A program made the position numbers and the translations under genes. From Anaerolineales bacterium (GTDB lineage: Bacteria > Chloroflexota > Anaerolineae > Anaerolineales > UBA11858), in contig JAWODY010000084.1 of assembly GCA_046483045.1 (NCBI GenBank), forward strand, positions 6,806 to 70,805: 64,000 nucleotides of DNA, in the 5' to 3' direction. The notes beneath the pieces are model-generated. The model had not been told where the DNA came from. It saw only the letters and a list, made by a program, of their open reading frames with translations, and made no database searches. Below, in pieces: positions 17,835 to 26,268 of this stretch (positions are counted from its first letter, which is position 1; each line of letters opens with the position of its first letter).

Positions 17835-18878
17835 ATGTTTGAGTCTTGGCTGGTTTTTACGATCGCCGCCCTGGTTTTGGGTTTGTTGGCCTACCTTTTC
17901 TGGCCTCAAAAAGAGGTGTATTGGGGATGGCAGCGGAGGCGCCGCAGAAGCGAACGGGTTCTGATTGAGGATGCCTTGAAATATTTATTCAAGTGTGAAC
18001 GTCGGGACCGGGCTTCGTCTTTGGAGAGCATCGCGGGCATGTTGTCCATCTCTATGGATCAGGCCACGGATATTATGGATCGGACCCGGGTAAGGGGGTT
18101 GGTTGAACTTGAGGATGGGGGTTTCAGGTTGACTGAAACGGGACGGAATATCGCCTTGCAGATCGTGCGGGCACACCGTTTGTGGGAGAGGTATCTGGCG
18201 GATTCCACGGGGTACGGGGAGGAGGAATGGCACCAGCAGGCAGAGGAATGGGAGCATCTCCTTTCTGCGGAAGATGTGGACCGTCTCTCAGCTCAGCTGG
18301 GCCGGCCAATTTATGACCCGCATGGAGACCCCATTCCCACGTCGCGCGGCGATCTCGTCGATCATGAGGGGAAACCTGTAACAGCGCTGGAGGAAGGAGA
18401 TCTGGCCCGGATCATTCATATTGAGGATGAGCCGGAAATGGTCTATGCCCAGATTGTGGCGGAAGGGCTCCGGCCCCATTTGGTAGTCAGGCTGGACAAG
18501 AAATCTCCCACTCGGATCGTTCTCTGGAGTGAAGACCGGGAATTTATCCTTGCTCCCATGCTCGCTGCCAACCTCTCCGTCATCCCTCTTCCCGAAGATG
18601 TTTTTGCGGAAGAGCAGCGCGGGGTACCCATGGATCGTCTCGATGAGGGGCAAATAGGAAAGGTCCTTTCCATCTCCTCTCACATTCGGGGCCTGGATCG
18701 GCGCCGGCTGCTGGATTTGGGTCTTTTACCAGGGACTGAGATCCGGGTGGAGATGATCAGTCCCAGCGGCGATCCAACAGCGTATCGCATTCGGGATTCG
18801 GTGATTGCGTTGAGAAGTACACAGACAAAGCAAATCCGTGTCCTCCCCCAGGAAAATGGGGAGGGAGTGAAGGCATAA
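17835..18878 (+). CDS. atypical DtxR-family protein: N-terminal TM helix + wHTH + dimerisation/metal domain + two FeoA domains, 347 aa
   Basis: MFESWLVFTIAALVLGLLAYLFW followed by RRRRRS (a TM helix with a positive-inside signal). IEDALKYLFKCE...RAHRLWERYLAD...WHQQAEEWEHLLS...DPHGDPIP is a DtxR core. Two FeoA-like repeats follow (GDLARIIHI...GLRPHLVV and GQIGKVLSI...GLLPGTEIRV). Confidence 0.8.
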   Translation: MFESWLVFTIAALVLGLLAYLFWPQKEVYWGWQRRRRRSERVLIEDALKYLFKCERRDRASSLESIAGMLSISMDQATDIMDRTRVRGLVELEDGGFRLTETGRNIALQIVRAHRLWERYLADSTGYGEEEWHQQAEEWEHLLSAEDVDRLSAQLGRPIYDPHGDPIPTSRGDLVDHEGKPVTALEEGDLARIIHIEDEPEMVYAQIVAEGLRPHLVVRLDKKSPTRIVLWSEDREFILAPMLAANLSVIPLPEDVFAEEQRGVPMDRLDEGQIGKVLSISSHIRGLDRRRLLDLGLLPGTEIRVEMISPSGDPTAYRIRDSVIALRSTQTKQIRVLPQENGEGVKA

Positions 18879-18935
18879 CTCATATGTACCCGTGTCCTCA
18901 GCCCGTTTTTTGAAGCAGAAGCAAAGGAAAAGATT

Positions 18936-19793
18936 ATGGACCAGGAAAAAGAAAGCAGAGAAGTAAGGGATCGAGGTCAGGTTTCTGCCGTCCCTGCCCC
19001 GTGTGATACCTGCCCGGTTCATCATGCTGCCAACCTCAAGAAGCTGGGGGTGGACATGGCGGACTGGGATTTCGTGGTCGCGCTGGCTGGAAACCCGAAC
19101 ACTGGCAAAAGCACGGTGTTCAACGCCCTGACCGGCCTGCGCCAGCACACGGGGAACTGGCCTGGGAAGACAGTGACCCGGGCGGAAGGCGGAATGGAAT
19201 ACGGCGGGTATCGATTTAAGTTAGTGGACCTTCCGGGAACATATTCTCTGCTGGCGACGAGCCTGGACGAGGAGATCGCCCGGGATTTCATCCTTTTTGG
19301 GCGACCTGATGTCACCGTGGTCATGGTCGACGCCACCCGCCTGGAGCGCAACCTGAACCTCGTCCTGCAGGTCCTGGAGATCACGAACCGGGTGGTGGTG
19401 TGTTTGAATTTGATGGATGAGGCGGAGCGACACGGCTTGACGGTGGATCACCGCCGTTTAGCGCGTGATTTAGGGGTCCCTGTGGTCCCCACCGTGGCCC
19501 GCTATGATAAGGGATTTGACGACCTTTTGGATGCCATCCATGACGTCGCCACCGGTCAGGTGGTCGGTAAACCATATCACGTCCGGTACGACCAGCCTCA
19601 GGTTGACCGGGCTGTTTCCCGCTTAGAGCGCCGGATCCGGGCTGTCTTTCCCGATGTCCCCAATGCCAAATGGGTCGCCCTCCGTTTGCTGGATGGAGAT
19701 GAGCGGATTATCGAGGCGGTCGAGGAAGGGGAGTTAGGCGACCTGAAGTATGGTGAGGGCATGAGGATGGAGGAGCCTGCACCCGCTCCCTGA
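18936..19793 (+). CDS. feoB: FeoB N-terminal part: GTPase (G) domain plus helical domain, as a separate ORF
   Basis: G1 GNPNTGKST, G3 DLPG and G4 NLMD. The ORF ends with TGA at 19791-19793 and a second in-frame TAG shortly after. The start is uncertain: ATG 18936 or ATG 19056 (MADWDFVVALAGNPN), the latter giving a more typical FeoB N-terminus. Confidence 0.85.
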   Translation: MDQEKESREVRDRGQVSAVPAPCDTCPVHHAANLKKLGVDMADWDFVVALAGNPNTGKSTVFNALTGLRQHTGNWPGKTVTRAEGGMEYGGYRFKLVDLPGTYSLLATSLDEEIARDFILFGRPDVTVVMVDATRLERNLNLVLQVLEITNRVVVCLNLMDEAERHGLTVDHRRLARDLGVPVVPTVARYDKGFDDLLDAIHDVATGQVVGKPYHVRYDQPQVDRAVSRLERRIRAVFPDVPNAKWVALRLLDGDERIIEAVEEGELGDLKYGEGMRMEEPAPAP

Positions 19794-19889
19794 TCCCTCG
19801 TTTAGAGAAGGCAGGGAGATCAGGCATCAGCCCGGCCCGGTTCAGAATGCAAGGTAAAAATTTTAAAGGATGATGAGGAAAGGATAGAT

Positions 19890-21326
19890 ATGACCGATAG
19901 AGAGGTATCAAAGGAAGACATTATAGAGGAGGCAAGGGCGCTGCGGTGGGAGGTGGGGGGAGATTTTCATGAGAAAATCATGGAGTCCATCTATGCCGAC
20001 GCTGCCCGGATTGCGGATCGGGCGGTGACCCGCGAAGATGAGCAGGGAGGGTTTGATTTCGACCGCTTTTTAGATCAGGTGGTGACCAGTAAGGTATTGG
20101 GTTTTCCTCTCATGCTGCTGATGCTGACCCTCGTTTTCTGGTTGACTATCAGCGGGGCGAATGTGCCCTCCCGTTTGCTGTCCAGTCTTTTGCTGGATAC
20201 GGTCCAACCTCTCCTGAAACAGGCCTCAGATATGGTCGGTTTGCCTGGATGGTTGGACGGTGTCCTGATCGACGGAGGCTACTTGGCGACCGCCTGGGTC
20301 ATCAGCGTCATGCTGCCGCCCATGGCCATTTTCTTTCCCCTCTTTACGCTGCTGGAGGACTTTGGGTACCTGCCCCGGGTTGCCTTCAACCTGGACAATC
20401 TCTTTCGGAAGGCCGGTGCGCACGGCAAACAGGCGTTGAGCATGACTATGGGATTTGGATGCAATGCAGCAGGGGTGGTTTCCACGCGGATCATCGACAG
20501 CCCCCGGGAACGCTTGATCGCCATCATCACCAATAACTTCGCCCTCTGCAACGGGCGCTGGCCGACCCAGATCTTGATCGCCACCCTTTTCGTCGGCAGC
20601 CTGGTGCCGGCTTATCTGGCGGGCTTGATCTCTGCCCTGGCGGTGGTGAGTATTGCTCTGTTAGGGGTGCTGCTGACTTTCGCGGTCTCTTGGGCGCTGT
20701 CCCACTCGGTCCTCAAGGGTGAACCCTCCACCTTCAGTCTGGAGTTGCCTCCCTACCGTCCGCCCCGGGTCCTGCAGACCCTGTATACCTCATTGATCGA
20801 TCGCACATTGATCGTCCTGTGGAGGGCTGTGGTCTTCGCTTTACCTGCAGGGATGGTGATCTGGGTCATCGCCAATGTCAATGTGGCCGGGACCAGCATC
20901 GCCGAACACCTCATCCAATTCTTGAATCCTTTGGGTGTGCTGATCGGACTCAACGGCGTGATCCTTGTGGCCTATATCGTGGCCATCCCCGCCAATGAGA
21001 TTGTCATCCCAACTGTGCTCATGCTCACCGTGATGACCGCCGGATTGTCCGGGGTGGGAGAAGGAGCGGGGGTAATGTTTGAATTGGAATCCGCGTCCAA
21101 GACGATGGAGATCTTCCGGGCCGGGGGGTGGACGTTGTTGACCGGTGTGAACCTGATGCTCTTCAGCCTGATCCACAACCCCTGCAGCACGACCATTTAT
21201 ACAATTTACGAAGAAACGAAGAGCGCCAAGTGGACCGCGGTGGCTGCCCTGCTCCCTCTGGGAATGGGATTTTTGGTCACCCTTTTTGTGGCCCAGATCT
21301 GGAGATTGGTGGGAGGGTTGTTGTAA
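19890..21326 (+). CDS. feoB: FeoB C-terminal part: polytopic membrane (gate/nucleoside-recognition) domain, as a separate ORF
   Basis: 478 aa, highly hydrophobic, with FeoB-type segments ([46 protein letters not shown]). It has its own RBS GAGGAAAGG upstream of the ATG. Confidence 0.85.
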   Translation: MTDREVSKEDIIEEARALRWEVGGDFHEKIMESIYADAARIADRAVTREDEQGGFDFDRFLDQVVTSKVLGFPLMLLMLTLVFWLTISGANVPSRLLSSLLLDTVQPLLKQASDMVGLPGWLDGVLIDGGYLATAWVISVMLPPMAIFFPLFTLLEDFGYLPRVAFNLDNLFRKAGAHGKQALSMTMGFGCNAAGVVSTRIIDSPRERLIAIITNNFALCNGRWPTQILIATLFVGSLVPAYLAGLISALAVVSIALLGVLLTFAVSWALSHSVLKGEPSTFSLELPPYRPPRVLQTLYTSLIDRTLIVLWRAVVFALPAGMVIWVIANVNVAGTSIAEHLIQFLNPLGVLIGLNGVILVAYIVAIPANEIVIPTVLMLTVMTAGLSGVGEGAGVMFELESASKTMEIFRAGGWTLLTGVNLMLFSLIHNPCSTTIYTIYEETKSAKWTAVAALLPLGMGFLVTLFVAQIWRLVGGLL

Positions 21327-21407
21327 TGTGAGGGTCCGGGCCCTGCCCGAAAACCTTTTCCGGAGCAGAGTTGGGATACATGTGGAGTTTGGATAGGAGA
21401 GGGATTC

Positions 21408-22313
21408 ATGGTGCATGTCATTGACATACAAGGCTTGGTGAAATGGTACGGTCCGGTGCAGGCGCTGCGGGGAGTGGACCTGAAGGTTCAGCGGGGGGAG
21501 CTGCTTGGATTTCTCGGTCCCAATGGGGCGGGAAAGACTACCACCATCCGCTGCCTGCTGGACCAGATTCGGCCTCAGGCGGGCACCATCCGCGTTTTAG
21601 GGCTCGATCCCCAGAAGAACCCGGTCTTGGTACAGCGCCAGATAGGCTACTTACCGGGAGAGTTGAGCCTGGAGGGCACATTCAGGGTGAGCCAGTTGCT
21701 CCGTTATCTTATCCAATTGCGCGGTAATCGGACGGGTAAAGCCTATCTGAAAGAATTGACCCGTCGTCTTGAATTGGATACCTCCCGCAAGATCAAGAAT
21801 CTTTCCAGCGGCAACAAACAGAAGGTCGGCGTGGTCCAGGCCTTGATGCACCAGCCAACGCTGTTGATTCTGGATGAGCCCACGGCGGGGTTGGACCCGC
21901 TGATGCAGCAGGAAGTCTACCGCTTGCTGCGGGAAGCCCAGTCGCGGGGAGCGACAGTGTTCTTCTCCTCACATATTCTCAGTGAGGTGGAAACGCTCGC
22001 AGATCGGGTGGCTATCATCCGCCAGGGCGTGATCGTGGAAGAAGCCACACCCGATCAGCTGACGGAGATGGCCATGCGTCAAGTCCAGGTCAGCTTTCTG
22101 GACCCGGTCGATCTTGAGCCGCTCCGTGCATTGCCTGGAGTCCATGTTCTGGCCGAGAGCGACGGGTTATCTGCCCAGCTGCGCGTGGAAGGAGAGATGG
22201 ACGCTTTGATCAAGTCCCTGGCAGGGTTTCCGGTCAAAGACCTCCAGACCGCATCTCACTCGCTGGAGGATATTTTCCTGAAATATTACGAGCGGGAAGA
22301 GGAGGAAGCATAA
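21408..22313 (+). CDS. ABC transporter ATP-binding protein (ABC-2 type)
   Basis: Walker A GPNGAGKTT, signature LSSGNKQK, Walker B LLILDEPTAGLD. Confidence 0.9.
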   Translation: MVHVIDIQGLVKWYGPVQALRGVDLKVQRGELLGFLGPNGAGKTTTIRCLLDQIRPQAGTIRVLGLDPQKNPVLVQRQIGYLPGELSLEGTFRVSQLLRYLIQLRGNRTGKAYLKELTRRLELDTSRKIKNLSSGNKQKVGVVQALMHQPTLLILDEPTAGLDPLMQQEVYRLLREAQSRGATVFFSSHILSEVETLADRVAIIRQGVIVEEATPDQLTEMAMRQVQVSFLDPVDLEPLRALPGVHVLAESDGLSAQLRVEGEMDALIKSLAGFPVKDLQTASHSLEDIFLKYYEREEEEA

Positions 22314-23161
22314 TGTTCGTTGAATTCAAGCATTCGCTCCGCAATTATGCAGGCCAAATCGCAGGCTGGGGCTTTGGACTGGCCCTGTTGGGCGTGCTCC
22401 TGGTGTCGGTATATGATTCCTTTGCCGATCAGATGGACATGTATGAGCAGTTGGTTGAGAGCTTCCCCCAAGAATTTATGGCATTTTTTGGGGATTTGGG
22501 TGGCATGGCTACCCCCGAAGGGTTTGTGTCCATCGAATTCTTTTCCTATATGCCTTTGATCCTGGGCATTTTCGCCATCCAGGCCGGCAGCGGTCTCCTG
22601 GCCCGGGATGAAGAGGAGGGCACGTTGGATCTGGTCATGGCCCATCCGGTGAGCCGCGCCGGCCTCTTTGTGGGTCGGTTCTTGGCTTTCCTGTGTGCGT
22701 TGGCGGGCATTTTGTTCATCGCCTGGTTGGGCATCGTCGGGCCCATGAACTGGTCCTCGATGTCCCTGGGATGGGGGGAAATGGCCCGGCCCTTTTTATC
22801 CTTGTATGCGGAGATGGTGCTCTTCGGGGCCCTGGGGGTGCTGTTGAGCATGCTTCTTCCTTCCCGACGTCTGGCTTCCATGGCTGCCGGTCTCCTGCTC
22901 GTGGCCAGTTTCTTCCTCCCCGGGTTTGCTAAACTCAATGAAAATCTGGAAACTGCGGCCAAGTTTTCGCCCCTGGAATACTATCAAACCCAGGAGGCCT
23001 TTGCGGGGTTGAACCGGGAATGGCTTTTCGGGTTGCTGGCAGCCGCGGCGGTCTTTGCCCTTCTCGCCTGGTGGCGTTTTATGAGGCGGGACATTCGCGT
23101 AGGTGGGGAAGGGGGCTGGCGCCTGGGCCAGATGACCCTGTGGTTAAGTAGAACTGAATAG
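22313..23161 (+). CDS. ABC-2 family transporter permease
   Basis: The ATG overlaps the upstream stop (TAATG). It has six hydrophobic segments and follows a cognate ATPase. Confidence 0.8.
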   Translation: MFVEFKHSLRNYAGQIAGWGFGLALLGVLLVSVYDSFADQMDMYEQLVESFPQEFMAFFGDLGGMATPEGFVSIEFFSYMPLILGIFAIQAGSGLLARDEEEGTLDLVMAHPVSRAGLFVGRFLAFLCALAGILFIAWLGIVGPMNWSSMSLGWGEMARPFLSLYAEMVLFGALGVLLSMLLPSRRLASMAAGLLLVASFFLPGFAKLNENLETAAKFSPLEYYQTQEAFAGLNREWLFGLLAAAAVFALLAWWRFMRRDIRVGGEGGWRLGQMTLWLSRTE

Positions 23162-23430
23162 AAAGAGACCATTTTCAATGAACGGTCCCCTTTGGGTAAC
23201 TCAATCATTTTGGGAAGATTTTTAAGCGGGGATAACTATTCCAGAGGTGAGAGAAAAACCCTTCTGACCGCGGTTTCGCTGTCATGCGATAGGCAGTGAT
23301 GGGGCAGTTTGGTTCCAGGGATCCATCGACCAAAGAGTATATCTTATGCAAGATGCCTTGTGCAGGATAGGCGCGTAAATTAATATAGTATTATCTCTCA
23401 ATAAAATTCGGTGTTTTACGTGGAGGTTTT

Positions 23431-25185
23431 TTGAAATCGCTGAAGTTTGTATTTAAATTTGCCCGAGATTATTCGGGTGTGCTTATATTGACGGTATTGA
23501 GCATGCTTTTACTGGTAGGTGTTCAATTGCTGACTCCCTGGATCATAAAAAGCATGGTGGCTACGGTTACAGATGCGGGGGTGAGCCCGGGAGATATGAA
23601 ATATATCACCCGTTTAGCTTTGTTGGCATTGGGCGCATATGTGGTGCGTGCGGGGTTGCAGTTTGTCCGCAGTTATATGGCCCATATCGCGGGATGGAGT
23701 GTCGTGGCTGATGTTCGGGCCAAAGTTTATGAACATTTGCAGCGCTTGTCCCTTCAGTTTTATGAAGAGAAACAGACCGGACAATTGATGTCACGAGTGG
23801 TAAATGATACCGATTTGCTCGAGCATCTGATTGCCCATGCCATTCCCGATGTGATCGCGAATACACTGATGCTGATCGGGGTGATCTCGGTTTTGTCCCG
23901 AATTAACTGGCAGTTGACATTATTGAGCTTGATCCCCGTTCCATTGATCATATTGGGAGTGCAGGGTTTTACGAAATATGTTCGTCCCGCGTTCCGGGCC
24001 CGTCAAGCGGAATTAGGGGAACTGAATGCCACCCTGAATGATAATCTCTCCGGGGTTCGTGAGATCAAAGCGTTTTCTCGAGAGGAAAGTGAGAAAGCCC
24101 GGGTCATGGATCACGTCATCCGGTATCGGGATTCCATGCTTCGTGCATTACGTTTGATGGCTACGTTTCGCCCATTTATCTCCTTCGCATCCTCCTTGGG
24201 GACGATTATTTTAATCTATTTTGGGGGGCAATTAATCTTGGGAGAGATCTTGGCCATTGATGATTTGGTTGCGTTTTTCCTTTACCTGGAATTGATGTAC
24301 CAACCCGTACGCGAATTAAGCGGTGTTTGGGAGAGGGTACAGCGCTCCATGGCCGGTGCGGAAAGAGTAGCGGAATTGTTGAGTGAGGCCCCGGACATCG
24401 TTGAAAAACCTGATGCGCTCACATTAACGGGCCGGGCTGAAGGGGAGATTAAGTTGAAGGATGTCGGTTTTCGTTACGCCCAAGGGCATCCCGTCCTGGA
24501 GGATATTAATCTGGAAATTGCTCCCGGAACCGTGGTTGCCCTGGTGGGACCAACCGGGGTGGGGAAGACAACACTGGCGAATCTCATCCCCAGGTTCTAC
24601 GATGTAAGTAAAGGTTCGATCACCTTGGATAGGCATGACATTCGTGATCTCACCATCCAAAGCCTTCGCCAACAGTTCAGCATCGTCTTACAAGACGTGT
24701 TCCTCTTCCACGGCACTGCGCGTGAAAACGTACTTTTTGGACGAAAAGATGCCACTGAAGAGGAAATGATCCATGCAGCGAAGGTCGCTAATGCCCATGA
24801 ATTTATCACTCAATTGCCAGATGGCTACAGTACTGTGATTGGGGAAAGGGGAGTCAAGTTATCGGGAGGACAAAAGCAGCGTCTGGCGATCGCTCGAGCT
24901 GTACTTAAGGATGCACCCATCCTGATTCTTGATGAAGCAACCTCTTCTGTGGACACCGAAACCGAACTCTTGATCCAGCAGTCCTTGGAGCGTTTAATGG
25001 TAGGCAAGACAGTCATTGTCATCGCTCACCGCTTATCCACCATCCGCAATGCGGACCTGATCGTCGTTCTGGAGGGCAGTGGGATTGTGGAAAAGGGAAC
25101 TCACGAAGAATTAATGACCAGGGACGGCCTGTATAAACGTCTAAGGGAAGTACAGACAGATCATGCATTGATCGGTGTAGGATAA
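23431..25185 (+). CDS. ABC exporter, fused permease/ATP-binding protein (MsbA/type I exporter-like)
   Basis: An N-terminal six-helix TMD followed by Walker A GPTGVGKTT, signature LSGGQKQRLAIARA and Walker B ILILDEATS. TTG start lies 5 nt after GGAGG. Confidence 0.9.
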   Translation: MKSLKFVFKFARDYSGVLILTVLSMLLLVGVQLLTPWIIKSMVATVTDAGVSPGDMKYITRLALLALGAYVVRAGLQFVRSYMAHIAGWSVVADVRAKVYEHLQRLSLQFYEEKQTGQLMSRVVNDTDLLEHLIAHAIPDVIANTLMLIGVISVLSRINWQLTLLSLIPVPLIILGVQGFTKYVRPAFRARQAELGELNATLNDNLSGVREIKAFSREESEKARVMDHVIRYRDSMLRALRLMATFRPFISFASSLGTIILIYFGGQLILGEILAIDDLVAFFLYLELMYQPVRELSGVWERVQRSMAGAERVAELLSEAPDIVEKPDALTLTGRAEGEIKLKDVGFRYAQGHPVLEDINLEIAPGTVVALVGPTGVGKTTLANLIPRFYDVSKGSITLDRHDIRDLTIQSLRQQFSIVLQDVFLFHGTARENVLFGRKDATEEEMIHAAKVANAHEFITQLPDGYSTVIGERGVKLSGGQKQRLAIARAVLKDAPILILDEATSSVDTETELLIQQSLERLMVGKTVIVIAHRLSTIRNADLIVVLEGSGIVEKGTHEELMTRDGLYKRLREVQTDHALIGVG

Positions 25186-25296
25186 GAGAGGATTCCCAGT
25201 AAGAAAAAACTAGGCTGTTTACCATTCACTATCGCCTCCTCGACAAATACAGTCAGCTTCCTACCTATAATAAGGGATTCATAATTTCAACTCACC

Positions 25297-26268
25297 ATGG
25301 ATGACCGTTCAGCTACTCCACTGATCCCGCCTCTGTTTGCCATACCTATTGGGATCACCGCCGTATCTACGGCTTCAATATTTATCCGCTTTGCCCAAGA
25401 GTACGCCTCCTCGTTGACAGTTGCCGCCTTCCGATTGGGTTTGGCAGTCATATTTTTGGCTCCCTTTGTCCTTTTCAGGCATCGGAAAGAGATTTCTTCC
25501 CTCCAGCCCAGAGAATGGGGGTTTGCTTTCCTGTCTGGGATTTTTCTCGCCCTGCATTTCGCAACCTGGATCACATCCCTGGAGTACACAACCGTGGCCA
25601 GTTCCGTTGTTTTGGTGAGCACCTCTCCCTTATGGGTGGCCCTTCTGGCACCCTTGTTCCTCGAGGAGCCCATTTCTCGGGTTATCCTGGTGGGAATGAG
25701 CCTTGCTTTTGTAGGAGGGGCTATGGTGGGGTTGAGCGACAGCTGTCATTGGACGATGAAGGGGATAATTTGTCCATCATGGGCTGCATTCATCCAGGGA
25801 GAAGCTTTATTAGGGGATGTCATGGCGCTTCTGGGGGCCCTTACCGGGGCCGGTTATTTGATGGTGGGGCGGCATTTGAGGGCGAAAATGTCCCTCTTCC
25901 CCTATATTTTCGTCGTGTACGGGGTAGCCGCCGGGGGATTGATCGCTGCCATGCTGATTGTGGATGGGGTGCCCGCTGGGTTCCCACCCAAAGTTTATGT
26001 TTGGTTTATTATGCTGGCGGTTCTCCCCCAAATTCTCGGTCATTCCATCTTTAATTGGGCTTTGCGTTATGTATCCACTGCCTACGTTTCCGTCACGCTG
26101 CTCGGCGAACCCGTGGGCTCGGCAGTGCTAGCTTACATTTTTTTAGGGGAGAGACCAGGGTTGATGAAAATATTTGGTGCTATACTTATTTTGATAGGCA
26201 TTTTGATCTCTTCCCGTAAAGGACGAACGCCTTTGGAGGGCAAGGAAGGCAGGAGAATCCGTGGCTAA
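25297..26268 (+). CDS. EamA/DMT-family transporter
   Basis: About ten TM segments arranged as two EamA-like halves. The start position is uncertain. Confidence 0.75.
   Translation: MDDRSATPLIPPLFAIPIGITAVSTASIFIRFAQEYASSLTVAAFRLGLAVIFLAPFVLFRHRKEISSLQPREWGFAFLSGIFLALHFATWITSLEYTTVASSVVLVSTSPLWVALLAPLFLEEPISRVILVGMSLAFVGGAMVGLSDSCHWTMKGIICPSWAAFIQGEALLGDVMALLGALTGAGYLMVGRHLRAKMSLFPYIFVVYGVAAGGLIAAMLIVDGVPAGFPPKVYVWFIMLAVLPQILGHSIFNWALRYVSTAYVSVTLLGEPVGSAVLAYIFLGERPGLMKIFGAILILIGILISSRKGRTPLEGKEGRRIRG

Noticed and set aside
18879-19055. Possible separate small gene or FeoC-like element in the N-terminal extension of the FeoB G-domain ORF (MDQEKESREV...CDTCPVHH...)
   Set aside because: It is in frame with feoB, has no independent stop and has no recognisable wHTH. 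It is treated only as start-codon uncertainty (18936 vs 19056).
20841-21431. 196-aa minus-strand ORF
   Set aside because: It is antisense to the FeoB membrane domain and has His/Gly/Arg-rich composition. It is a shadow ORF.
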